The notes beneath the pieces were generated by a model that made no database searches, was not told the origin of the DNA, and saw nothing but the letters and a program-made list of their open reading frames with translations. Below, in pieces: positions 1-11,855 of a stretch of DNA of 64,000 nt. The DNA comes from Vitrella brassicaformis CCMP3155 (Eukaryota; Protista; Chromerida): NCBI GenBank assembly GCA_001179505.1, contig CDMY01000241.1, forward strand, positions 87,894-151,893, in the 5' to 3' direction. Both the position numbers and the translations under genes were made by a program. Every line of letters begins with the position of its first letter. Within the stretch, counting starts at the first letter, position 1.

Positions 1-29
1 AGCCGTCACATGCTGCTCTCGTGCCGCAG

Positions 30-1141
30 GAAGAACGGCGAGTACGCCCTCGTGTCCAATTGCAAAGTTTGCGAGGCCAACACCATCACGGTGAGAGCGG
101 ACCACACACACCAATGCACAGCAGGCAAAAACACCGTGCATGACGTTTCTTCTCCCCCTGTTGAATGCATTCATCCATCCATCGGCAGAAATGTTCGGCG
201 TGTCGCTTCATCTTCTACTGCAGCAAGGTCAGCGGGGGGTGACGGGCAAGGCAAAAGGGGTGCTGGGCTTATGCGTCGACTCCCTGCTGTGTGTGCTGTG
301 TGTGTTGTGTGTGTTGTGTGTGCAGGCGTGCGAGCGGTCGGATTGGCAGGACCACAAGGCCAAGTGCCGTAGGGCGTGCGAGGCCATGGCCGCGGCCAAG
401 GCGGACAACCCCTTCCTGGACGAGATCCTCGGGGCTGCCGAGAAGAAGCTGGTCAGCGAGATCCGCTTCAGCTCCCGAGTCACCGGCCGCACACACCGGA
501 TATACTTGCCCGAGAAGTGGCTGGTGGTAGAGGTAACTCGTGGATGTGTGTGCGATGCTGAGAGTCTGCCTGCATCGGGGTTGGTCTTTTTTTCAGGGGA
601 GCAACCCGGGCCTTCCGGTGGTCAGGGCGATGCCGGGGCCGCTGGAGGAGCCGATGCGCGAGTACGAGAGGGACACCATCAAGCCCTGGATCAGGGGCAC
701 CGAGGACCATTACAGGGGCAGGAGGCCGCGGGGCGACGAGCACGTGGACGACGGCACCATGTCCGCAGATACTGCCAGGTCAGTAAGCAGTAGCACACAC
801 ACAACACGCCTCCAGACAGGCAGACAGGCAGGCAGACAGACATAGTGTGTATTTCTCTCTCTCTCTCTCTCTCTGTCTGTGTGTGTGTGTGTGTGCAGGA
901 CGCACTTCTCCTGGCCCTCGGTGGCCATCCCGGGTTCACCATCCGTCGCGGGGTGAGCCCATCGGATGTGCGGGCGGGCCTCACGTGTACCGTCAAGAAG
1001 GACGAGGTGTGCATGGCGATAGCCCACACGGACGAGTGGTGTGCGTGCCGCACCCCAGACTGGCTCACCGGTGCGCGGCAGCAGCTAGAGAGGGATGGGG
1101 GCATAGAGGGCACCCTTCGCGTCTTTCGCTGGGAGCAGTGA
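30..1141 (+). CDS. MYND-type zinc-finger protein (5' end probably upstream of the window)
   Basis: GT-AG exons 30-90, 189-227, 326-532, 597-782 and 899-1141 splice in frame to CKVCEANTIT-KCSACRFIFYCSK-ACERSDWQDHKAKC, which is the MYND Cys/His pattern. An uncharacterised C-terminal region follows, ending in TGA at 1139-1141. Confidence 0.85.
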
Positions 1142-1699
1142 TTGAGTAGGATCGACGATCGACTGATTGTACAGTGCACCTTAGCAACGGCGGGTGTGTG
1201 GTGAGTGAGGCAGAATGAATGCGTGTGTGTGTGTGTGTGCATAGTCGAGCGAGTATGTGTGTGGGGGGCATATGTGTGTCGGGTCTGAATGGACCCATCT
1301 ACGTGCTCGTGGCCATTCATCGATTCATTCGCTGTGTCCCCTTCCGACGTACGTCCGGACAAAAACCCTTCGCTGGACGTGTCACGACAAAACCTGCCTC
1401 ACACTCCCACCAATCACACACGACACAGATTACGTACGTACATTCTTCCTGTGAGCATGCAACAAACACATGGACATGACCTCGTGGCTGCGTGGGGCCC
1501 TCCCTCTCAGCCACCAGCCACCCATCGACCTGACCTAGCCGCAGCCGCGGACACACCCACCACACCCACCTAAGCACCCCTACGGAAAAAATGCCTACCT
1601 GACGCGTCGACACGACAATTCCGGACCGTCCTAAATGCGCACGTGCTTTCACAGCTCCCACCCGCTTCGGCCGCTCAGCGCCTGCCGATCGATGACGAA

Positions 1700-3962
1700 T
1701 TAGTCCTGTTGCTCATTTTGCTCACGAGCAGTGTCTGAGTGAATGGACACACACGGCATCCACCGAATGGTCCGTTCTCCCTTTCGTGTCTGAATACGCA
1801 CCTTTGTATGCCTGGAAATACGCCAAGGCGTATTCAGTGGCCATGTCGTCCAGGGCCGTCTTGTTGCGGCCCACCAGCTCGAAGACAGTAGGAATCAGAT
1901 ACTGATGACGGTCGACCTGCAGACGGACAAACATGGATGTCCACACACACCATGCCGATAAGTGGCTCATTCGGCCGACGTGTGTATCCAGTCTCTTCTG
2001 GCGGGGATGTTGACACGATTGGGGCTGAACCACAGATACATCAGGTCATGCAGCACTTGCTGCGCGCACACATGGGCGCACACAAATGGGGATACACAAA
2101 CACGCATATGCTCATCTGGTGGGCGGATCGCTGAAGATCATTCTGGTCTTGCTCTTGAGCGTACAAAGAGGATGGGTGTAGGCAGGTCGTCGAGGTCCTC
2201 CTTCTTGATGTTTTCCATCCCAAATGCGACTGACAGTATGTCCCAGTGCTTCCGCAGCACCGCTTCCGTGAAAGCCTCCCGCAGCCACTGAATCTGCGGC
2301 AGCACCTCTCTCTCGGGCCCGTCGAGGGGCGCTGTCTCGTTGTAGCTCACAGACGCCAGGCCGGCCTTCATAAGGCCCTCTGAGAAACACACCTCTGTCT
2401 CGTCAGCGGACCATTCTCTCTCCAGACGGGGAATATCAACCTGCACGTTCAGAGAGGTGTCAATGGATGGGTGGGTGTGGATGCTCATGTCTTGCGATTG
2501 TGGCGAATCCGTCCTTCTGGTGGTCGGCGTACACCTCGGCCAGCATGAGGAGCTTGTAAGCGAACACAGATAGAGACGCCGGCAAATCAGCCTCCTCTTC
2601 ATCTGAAAGACAGACAGGCATGCACTCACTCATGGATGACACACGCAGATGAGTGCACATGCACGAACGTACCAGGGTCTGATGACCCTAAGCCAGCGTC
2701 GCTCATGCCCAGAACCTTGCCCGTACTGCGATCGACGGTGGGGCCGCCAGAGAAGCCCAGAGGGATGACAGCATCGTGCGACAGCATCAGACCATTCTCG
2801 ATGTAGCTGGCTTCATCTGATGTGAGGACGATTTGCGATCGCTCTGTCTGTGCATCCCTCCCTCCGTCCCCTCGCTCCTCACCTTTCAGCGTGCCGTAGT
2901 TGGTTGCAGGTCCGTCGTAAGGGCTGTAGTTAAGCTTGTCCTCACCCACCTCGACATCAGCTGGGTACAAGGAGCCGCTGTTGGCCAGGTAGCCCATCGT
3001 CATGACTGGTGTGCCACCCGTGCCCTCGTTCGTGATGTTTCCCGCCACAAATGCCTCGGGAACAACGCCACCCAGCTTGTCGCTGACATACTGCTTATAG
3101 CGCTGCATGGAGGAGGGAAGGCAATGCAGGCACACACATCCACATGGACAGGGGGAAGGCCCATGCTTACGTGCTTACGTCGAGTGTGTATGGCGGGTGG
3201 AGCTTCACAAAGGCCACATCCCACCTGGGGCACTTCATGACCACCCGACCCAGCAGCTGTGTCCATCAAGTCACCAGAGAAGCAGCAGTAAGGTGTGCGT
3301 ATGCCATAACCCCTCTCTTTTTCTCTCTCTCTTTCAGTCCACTTACCGTGCTGTTGGTGATTGTCGACTGGAGGATCACATAGTCTGACAACCGCACAAA
3401 TGCAGCCAGCTGACATCAGCAGCCGCCCTTCATCCCTGTCACCATGGCTGACCTGCATCGATCACCTTGTCGCTTCGCGTGACGAACAGCGGCTCACGAG
3501 GCCCGTCCAGCAGGAAGGTGGAGGCAAGGACATAGGCTGCATACACACACCAACCCAGGCCAAGAGGACAGCATGTATCCACCCATCGTCACTATCATTC
3601 GTGTGCTCACCTGCAGGGTCGCCGAGCAGCCCGTTCGGTGACTCAAATCGGTGGGCGGGGATCAGCCGGAAGATGGACGCCTGCAGGGGCAGCGGCACGT
3701 CATCCAGACCCCTCTCGTACTTGTCGTAGAGGGACTCCAATCTCGGCCCTTTGACTACCGAGAAAGGGTAGCTGACCGAATCAAGCACATCCCCGGCGCT
3801 GCTCGTCGCCCGTCGCTCGACTGAGGATGGCCTCGGAGTCGGGCGATGAGTCGGGCGCTCCTCTTTGGGGCACTGCGAAGCCAGAGGAGCGCCAGACTGC
3901 CATGCTGACGCCAAGCAAACACATGCGATGAGAGCAAGGCCGAGTCGGACGATGGACCACAT
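1700..3962 (-). CDS. Secreted trypsin-fold (HtrA/Trypsin_2-like) serine protease homologue with a helical C-terminal extension
   Basis: Signal peptide MWSIVRLGLALIACVCLASA. Spliced exons give ASTFLL...FVTRSDKVI, RWDVAFVKL (catalytic Asp motif) and GFSGGPTVDRSTGKVLGM (catalytic Ser motif). The last exon DTAREQNEQQD ends in TAA at 1700-1702. Confidence 0.7.
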
Positions 3963-4017
3963 GGTTGGGAAGGGGATAAGGTGGATCTGCCAGGGGAAGA
4001 TGAAATGCAATTCTCTG

Positions 4018-4045
4018 AGGGTTTTCGGGTCTAGGGTTTGGGTTC
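4018..4045 (-). promoter_or_regulatory. Telobox-like AAACCCTAG element upstream of the protease-like gene
   Basis: GAGGGTTTT and CTAGGGTTT lie 55-80 nt upstream of the ATG at 3962. Confidence 0.4.
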
Positions 4046-4723
4046 ATAAGGGGTCGAGGCGAGATCTTCAAATAAGGGGGCCCCTCGCACAATCAATCAG
4101 ACAGACAGCCAGTCAGGCGCCGGCAGGCAAGTGTGGCACGGCAGCACGCGTCAATGTGTGTGTCACGGCATGTGTGTATGTGTGACGGCGTGTGTGTGTC
4201 TGCGGTGTCCTCTCTTCTCGCATGCACGCGTCTATCTGCTGCCTTCCTGCCGGCCATGCCACGCGTCTTTCTGCTGCCATCCACTCCACTCCATGGACAC
4301 ACACACACACATTAACAGACGGACGGGCAGGCAGACAGCGAAGCAGGCTCTGTACATCAATCAGCCACTCCCCTCGCCCTGCCCCTCCCTCCGGCCAGCA
4401 ATGGCTATGTGCTGGCAGCCGAATTGCACACAGGCATCATCCACTCATTATGACATGGCAGCGGACACTCGCACTCATCAACATGCACTCATCAACGTAC
4501 GCTACCCGTCCAGTCCATGGCCAGCCAGTCAGCCATTCTACTCACAGCCAGTCTCTCTGTATGTGTGCCCTCCTTCTGCAATGCTGCCGGCAGCAGGCCG
4601 ACAGGAGCTAACCCATGCGCCAACCTGACACCACACACACACACACACACACGCATTGACTGACAGAGGTGAGGCCTGTGTGCATCATCTCGCCCGCTTA
4701 CCGGTTGGTGTGGCATGTGGTAT

Positions 4724-7436
4724 CTACGAGCGCCTTTCCACGATGACGCGTTTGTCCTGTATGCGCATGACGTATGGGGCGTCGCCGAACGCCCGGGCTG
4801 CGGCACAGAAGACGCTGACCGCCGAACCGGACAAGGCAGGCCCGTCCGTGAAGCTCGAAGTGGCGGCCTCGGACACGGCGGGGTTGCCGATGATGGCAAC
4901 CAGCACACCCACGAGCCATCCGTCGAAGTCGTCTTGCCACACACTATCAGGCACTGTCAAGTCTAGAGCCAGCAAATCACACGGGGCAGACAGACAGGCA
5001 GGCAGATGCTACATGGCCGGCTTCCTCACTCTTGCCTCTCCCTTGTGTGCGTGTGCGTCCATGCGTGTGTCCGTCCGTGGTGGGGGCGGGGGACATACCG
5101 CCACTTACCGGCGGGATCGATGGTCACTTCCTGGATGGCCGGCAAGTCGTGGTTCGCCCACTTCTGCAGACCGTCGATACCGTACTCGACGATGTCAAGC
5201 GCCGATATGTCCATCGTCACTGTTAGCTTCTCGGATACCCCCTCGTCACCACCGCCCCCCTGGCCGCTGCCCAGCTGGCCCTTCAGCGCCTCGAGGAAGT
5301 ACACGGCATCATCAGGCCCCCGAAGACGGATGTGGCGGCATTTGGGCATCTGCTTGGCGACGGCCTTGGCGAGGCTGTCGAGCGTCTCCTGGGTGAAGGG
5401 GCCGGCGGCACATCTGAATGTGTGGGCGCGGGGGAAGATGGGGAAGGTGGTCGGGTCTGCGATTGAAATGGCGGGCGTCGCATCTCCACTGTACGTGACC
5501 TCGTCTGCTATGGCGGCAAACCCACGAACAACCCTCTGCACCTGATGCCATAGTACACACATAGACCACGCTTGCCCCACGGATGTCATGTGCGTGCAGG
5601 AGTGCCGTCATAGTGCGTGTAGCTAGGCTGACACACCTGACGTGACTTGTCCGCCATCCATGTGATCAGCTCTTATGTCCATCTTCGAGCGCCTCTGGGG
5701 CTCGTCATCCAAAGGGTACGAGGCCTTAATGACGGTGAGCTGGTCGAGGGCCTGTGGCTGCATCACCGCCTCCGCCAGCCGCCCCACCTCACGCACCAGC
5801 TCCTTGTCCGATGCGTCGTCGGTCTGAATGTGCAGCTCGCGAAGGTGGTGGCTGCAGCCCCGACTAAAGAGGGTCTCACGCAGCTCGGCCACATACGTGG
5901 AGGACTGCCACCGCAAATCGATGGGACCGATGGACTGGAGGCGGGAGAGGGACTTGCCGTCCTTGGGCGCCATGGACAACAGGCCTTGCTTGACGCTCAA
6001 GAGAGTGGTGTTCACATCGAAGTTCTCCAGGTGCTCGCACGCCTCCATCCAGCGGCGAAGACTGCCCTCCATGTCCTCTAGGTCATAACCCAGCTCCCGC
6101 TTGAATGTCAGCACTCGCAGACGCGGCGTGTGCCACACCCCCCTGCCGGTGCGGACGGCCGCGTACTTGTAGGGCATCCTGTGCACCTCCTCCAGCTGCG
6201 ACAGGTCGACGGGGGAGGGGAACGGGGGCAGCGGGTCCGCCGATGTGTCGTGGCGAAATCTGCTGTCGTGGTCGTCGTCGAAGCTGAGGACCTTGATGGA
6301 CGAAGCGGGCTCTGTCACATGGTGTGCTGGCGGTGCTGTCCCCTCCTCTCCCCTCCTCTCCCCTCTCGTGCTGCACCTCCTCCTGCTCTTCGCTGATGGC
6401 CTTGCGGGCCGCCGCATTGCCCTCGATGATCGACACCCAAGTGCCGCGGCACCAGCAGCTTTCGTCGTAGGTGTAGCGGCGAGGGATGGTGAGGCGCAGG
6501 TGCGTCAGATGGATCGCGCGCTGCCCCCACTTGTAGGCTGTCTCGAGCGGCATCCTCTCCCACAGCTGGCGCACGCCGCCCTCGGCCGACCCGTCGATGT
6601 GCAGGTGCGTGTAATTGGCGGCCGCCTGGGTGAAGAGGGCCTTGCCGAGGAAGGGGAGACGACGCGTCAGCTCCCAGGGGTGATCGAAGCCGAACACACT
6701 GGCGAGCTCGTCAGCAGAGAGACGGAGTCGGGCCTGCGGATTAGACACAGACAGACACATCGACACAGACAGAAACGATTTGGTGTGCAGAGGTGGCGGG
6801 TCGTTGGCTTTGTGTTCTCACCAGCGGCTGGTCGGGCGGCGGTAGTCCCGATCTATGCTTGATTCGATACGATGGCTGCGGTGAGGCAGCGGCACTCAAA
6901 TCGGAATCAGCTGCGGCCGCCTGAGTGAAACCGAAAGACAACACCGAAGACAAAGAACGGTCTTCACCGCTCTCTCTTCAACTCATTGTTAATGTGCTTG
7001 TCTACCTCAGCGATGGGTTCTTCTGGCGATGCGTCGTCAACATCCGTCTCATCAGCACTCTCACCATCACCACCACCCGCAGCAGCAGCAGCGGGTGAGG
7101 CGGCGTCGTTCGTAAGCTGTGGGCCATCTGATGCGGCCGGTGCTCTGGTGGTGAGGGCTCCGACCATCTCACGCAAACTGGATTCGGCAGCAGAGGCGTG
7201 GACGGACGCAGCTGTGAGGGAGCGCAGGGCATCACCAGAAGCACCGCCGTCGCGCCGACTCGCACCACAACTCATCTGCAGCAACAAAGCAGGCGCAGAG
7301 TGAAGGCAAGAGAGAGTGTGTGTGTGCGTATCTGTATATGTGTTTGATGCGGTGCGTCCCGATTACACGTGCTCACCTCGATGTCCATCTGTAGTTGCCG
7401 GATATCCTCTTCCAGCGCGGCCGCCCGGGAACGCAA
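4724..7436 (-). CDS. Lineage-specific family 1 protein, copy A (coiled coil, F-box-like segment, LRR-like C-terminus); start codon not located
   Basis: Exons LRSRAAALEEDIRQLQMDIE, RLRLSADELASVFGFDHPWELTRR, LQSIGPIDL...SRGCSHHLREL and a terminal exon ending at 4724. The region 6700-7280 is near-identical to 36880-37460. Confidence 0.7.
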
Positions 7437-8207
7437 CTGCACGAATGAGGGGACCACACACATCCACAGCAAGCAGGTGCGTGTGGCTGTCCGAAGGCGT
7501 CATGCACCGGTTGCAGTATCGATGACCTCCGGATATATGGCGGCGGCACGAGTAAATGGAATGGAGCGATGAGTCAGTCGGGCTGGTGGATAGCCACAAG
7601 CAATTCCATCACTCTCAGCCACACTGAACCAAGGCACACGCCCGCTCAGCAGGGTTTCGAGTCAAGGGTTTCGCTTTGTTGTAAACGAAGCAAAGAGCCT
7701 CGTGTCTCACCATCGCTTGTGGCTTTGTGGTGGTCAGGCCAGGCGATGGTTCGTTGAGAGGAGGTGTAGCGCATCCCTGTTGGCCAGCAGATGGAGCGCG
7801 GCGGCGTGCCAGGCGGCCGCATGCGGTTCCGAGATGACTCGTCGGGTGTCCCGAGCTCTTTGAGCGCCCGGAAGCGACAGACAGATACATGTAAAGACAG
7901 GCATCGGCCGACCGGCCCTGGGAGCAAGCCGGTGACCGGCCGCGTGAAGCGGATCCGCCTGTATGTGAACTGGTGTATGAGTAAAGTGGCTCCGCACAAC
8001 ACATATCATGTGTGTAAGGTTGCTTCGATATCAGCACACACACAGGGCCGTCCGCCTTCGTCCACATCCCTAATCACTACCACGCAATGCGCTCGGCACC
8101 ACGCAGTGCATGGCACGCAACGAACGAACAGAGGAGTCAGTCCATCGATCGTCATATTCACATATCTACAGGGATACTATAGGATATTAGAAAATGGTGG
8201 TGTCACC

Positions 8208-11200
8208 TCACCTGGCCACCAGCTGCATTTCAATCTCGTAGCTACCAGAGGGAAGGTTTAGCCAGAAGCTGTCGCCGTGGCCATCTACCTCCCCACACCT
8301 CCCCTCCGTCAGCACGTAGCCTTCCTTCACTCTCTCATAGCACTCCCACGCAAACGACCTCGGTTCGCTCGATCTGGCTTCGTCATCCTCGTCCTCCGAC
8401 TCATCGTCCGGAGGCAAGGACGCGCACAGATCGAACTTGGCCGGTCGCAGCATCTGCACAAACTTCAAAAAGACCCTCACGGCCGCCTTGCTGCGTAGGC
8501 GGGGGCAGGCCAGGTGCTCTATCCTAGGTAAGCGCAGGCCCCACGCAGAAGGCATGCTGTATGGCCACCTGTCGGGCCACTCCCAACTGTATATATGAGC
8601 GCCAGGGGGGTGGGCAAAATCGACCTTGTCTAGCTGCTTGAGAGAGAGGTAGGAGATGAGCTCACAGCCTACGGCTAAGCTAGGCAGAAAGCGAAAAAAG
8701 ACTCCCTTGAGTCTCGTCAAGCCCCCGACGAGGGCTCAGCTTGGATGGGGCAGAGGGCAGACCAGAGAGAGAGAAGTGGGCAGTCACCTCCACACTCAGT
8801 TGCTCGACATGCGGGAAGGATCGGCTGGGCGCCGTCTGCCCCCCTCCCTCCCTCTCGGTCATCCACTCGGGGATGCTGTCCACCAGCCTCGTGGCAGTCA
8901 CGCTGCTGTCGGCTTTGATGACGAGGGTCTTGGCCTTGGGGAAGACGAGCTTGTCACGCCACGAAGGGTGGAGCGCCATGCCACCGAGCTCTAACTCAAC
9001 CTGAGGCACACGCAGACAAAAAAGATGCTTCTCTGTCAGCTCCTCTCTCCCTCCCTCCCTCCGCTGTCTGCCCATTCCTACCTCTGTCGCCTCTGCTGGC
9101 AGCTGTGTGACGATCTCGCTGTAGGGACCGCCGGGAGCTGGCAGGGCGTTGGCACCTTCCCAGCTGCAGTTGATCGATAGCTCGCCGCGGTTAGGCCGCC
9201 ACTCGACCTGGCAGTTCACCTCTGCCGCCCACTTGTTGATCCCCTCTGCGCCGGCCGCGGCCGCCCCCTGCCCGAAGCTCACGTCGATCGACGCAAACTT
9301 CAAAACGAGGCCCAGCTTCTTGCCCACGTCTGCACACACAGAAGAGCAGAGAAGCAAATCAAAACACGTGATGGTCGTATACGGCTTGATCAAGTCACCC
9401 TTGCTCTCTGGTTTGGCCCAGTGTTGATTGAGCGTCTCTTTGAGCTGACTGACGCGGTCGATCTCGTCGGGCTCGAAGGCAATGCCGGTGATGGTGGTGA
9501 TGTGGGGGCAGCCCGACAAGGCGGTGTTGAAGCTGGCCCACGCGCCGGTGATGAACTCGATGTGGCTGGCCTCTAGCCGCTCGATCTTGGGCGACCTCTC
9601 AACGAGGCGAGCGAGGGGCTCCGCGTCCTCAGAGCTACTCACGCTGTCGGCTCGGAGGCTCCTGAGGGCGGGGAAGGCCCAGCGACGTTCACTGCAGACA
9701 GGGAAGCACAGGGATGCGGCAAGTGCGTCGTCGTTGCTCATTTGCTTGTATACACACCTGACGTGTTCAACGGATGCATGGTCTTGGATATCCATGTCCG
9801 TCAGTCGTGGGAAGGGGATCGGATCCCCTGGGGAGCGCTGGGTTGGAATGTGCCTGTCACATGACCAGTTCTCCCACACCCGCAGCTCCTTGAGTGTCGC
9901 TCTCGACTCCTCAAGGAACTCAGATACACACGGCAGAATGTCAAATGGGGGCACGTCAGCCGTCTGGATCTTGCTCTGCACACACACACACATGAGTGTA
10001 CACAGATGGCCATCAAACCGACCATCTCCCGCAGCACCTTGGCTCCCATCTCACCAGGTGACGTAAGTCATCGAGCTTCTGTATCCTCTTGTAACTGTTG
10101 ATCTCGTCCGCCGTTATAGTGAACCGCCGGAACACGCCGAAGGTCTCGTCGGTGGCCTTCTGTCTGGTCTCCCTGTTGACTTTGGCCATCCGGGAACAGG
10201 TGTAGGTGGTGAGGAACGACCCCAGATGGTCACCCATGACGCCTCAGGCAGACCCGGCAGACACGGACGGCCATAACCCTGACACAAGGGACACAAAAAG
10301 ATGATGAGGCACCTACGGCAGCAGACAGAAATGGTGATGTGGGCCACCTGTGAGCTGCCTCTTTGCTGCTGTGTCCCTCCCGCAGCGCCGCCAACACTAA
10401 TCGATCCACCTGAAGGCACCACACACCACAAGGCAGCACAGCCGTCGTCACGATGTGTGTCAGTCCATCGATGGGCGGCCGGGGTTGTGTGCACCTTCAC
10501 TACTTGAAGCAACAGCTGCAGCAGCCGGGCTGGTGTCAACACGCGAGCGCTTCCCGTCACCAGTTGACACCTGAGCACATGAGCCGGTCCGCCTGTGGAT
10601 GCACTGACGTGTGTGTCTTTCCACTGACCGCTTTGCTGTGCTGTGCCGCCTTGTCGGTCTCATTTGAACTCTCAGACAGGCCGGGGGGACGGTCGTTGAC
10701 ATTGTACAGCCACCGGAAGCCCTTGCCGTTGCTATCCTTGCGCTGACATCCACGCAAATGCACAGACACAAGGACGTGATTGCTTTGTTTGCGCCGTCTA
10801 TTGGTCGCGCGCCTCTCTGCTGGTCACTCCATCCTTACATGTGTTACTTGTTCGCTGGGGATTTGCGTCAGCTCGGTACTGAGTGTGGCGTTGGCGTCGG
10901 TGAGGGTCTTGAGCACATCGGACAATCGGCCTGCCAGCGATGCACAGGCCTGCAAACAGACATACGGACACAGACGGACACAAATCGGTGCTGCTCGACG
11001 GTTGCTGAACGTGTTCGTGCTGACCTCTTTGTTTTTGTCGGTCTGTGGTATCCTCAGCTTCGCCGCCTCACTACTCGCGGCCATCTGACAGCTCACCTGC
11101 ACAAGGCAGCAGAGCCACCAGCAGCTGCGGCATGTGCCAGCAAGCTCTCTCCTTTGCCCTTTTCGTTCACCGCATAGATTTGGTCGATGACATCGCGCAG

Positions 11201-11335
11201 ACTGCCATCGCCACTCGCCCCGCCACCACGCCCCTCTGCAGCACATCATCAGACACACACGTGGGTCGCATCCGCTGTGTGCTTTGATGCGTCATGACCT
11301 CCGGGGTCAGTTGGGCCGCTATCACTGCTGTCCAT
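8208..11335 (-). CDS. Lineage-specific family 2 protein, copy A (N-terminal helical module, F-box-like GRPCLPGLPEGVMGHLGSFLTT, LRR-like region)
   Basis: ATG at 11335 (MDSSDSGPTDPG) has the same first-exon donor as the copies at 50749 and 57805. ORFs 10013-10237, 8680-9993 and 8208-8720 align with those copies, including the SFAWECYERVK block. Confidence 0.75.
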
Positions 11336-11855
11336 TGGCGGGAGGACACGATCAACCATCTGCACAAAGGAAGGTTATCATAGAGAGGGAGCTGCAGCCA
11401 TCCTTGTGTGTCTGGTTTGTCAGTTTGCTGGCTCACTGCTCAGGTAGTTTCCGGCGGCCATCGATGCAGCAGCCATCGCAGAGACCCCCGCTGCCCTCAA
11501 CACGCCCGACCGCCGCGGACGAACCTCAGTCGGATCTGAAAGCATTGATGCCACACAGCCGTCCAGGAAGGGTGCATTCACACGTTTCTGCTGTCGCTGT
11601 CCTGCCAGATCTGCCTGCCTGTCTGCCTTTTGTTTTGGCAGTGAGGTACTAGTACGCTAGATGGACGTTCGATGAATTGATCTGACGAAAGGAAACCGCC
11701 AGTGCTTTGCCCAGCCGCTCCCCCAAGCATCTGAGGGGTTCAAAGAAGGCGAGAACTGCTCCACCTCTTGCGAGCGTTGAGTGGGTCGACAGGGCCCGGA
11801 GAAAGTCCTTTGAACCATCTCGTTGCGATGATGCCATGATAGCCGACTCCCCACA

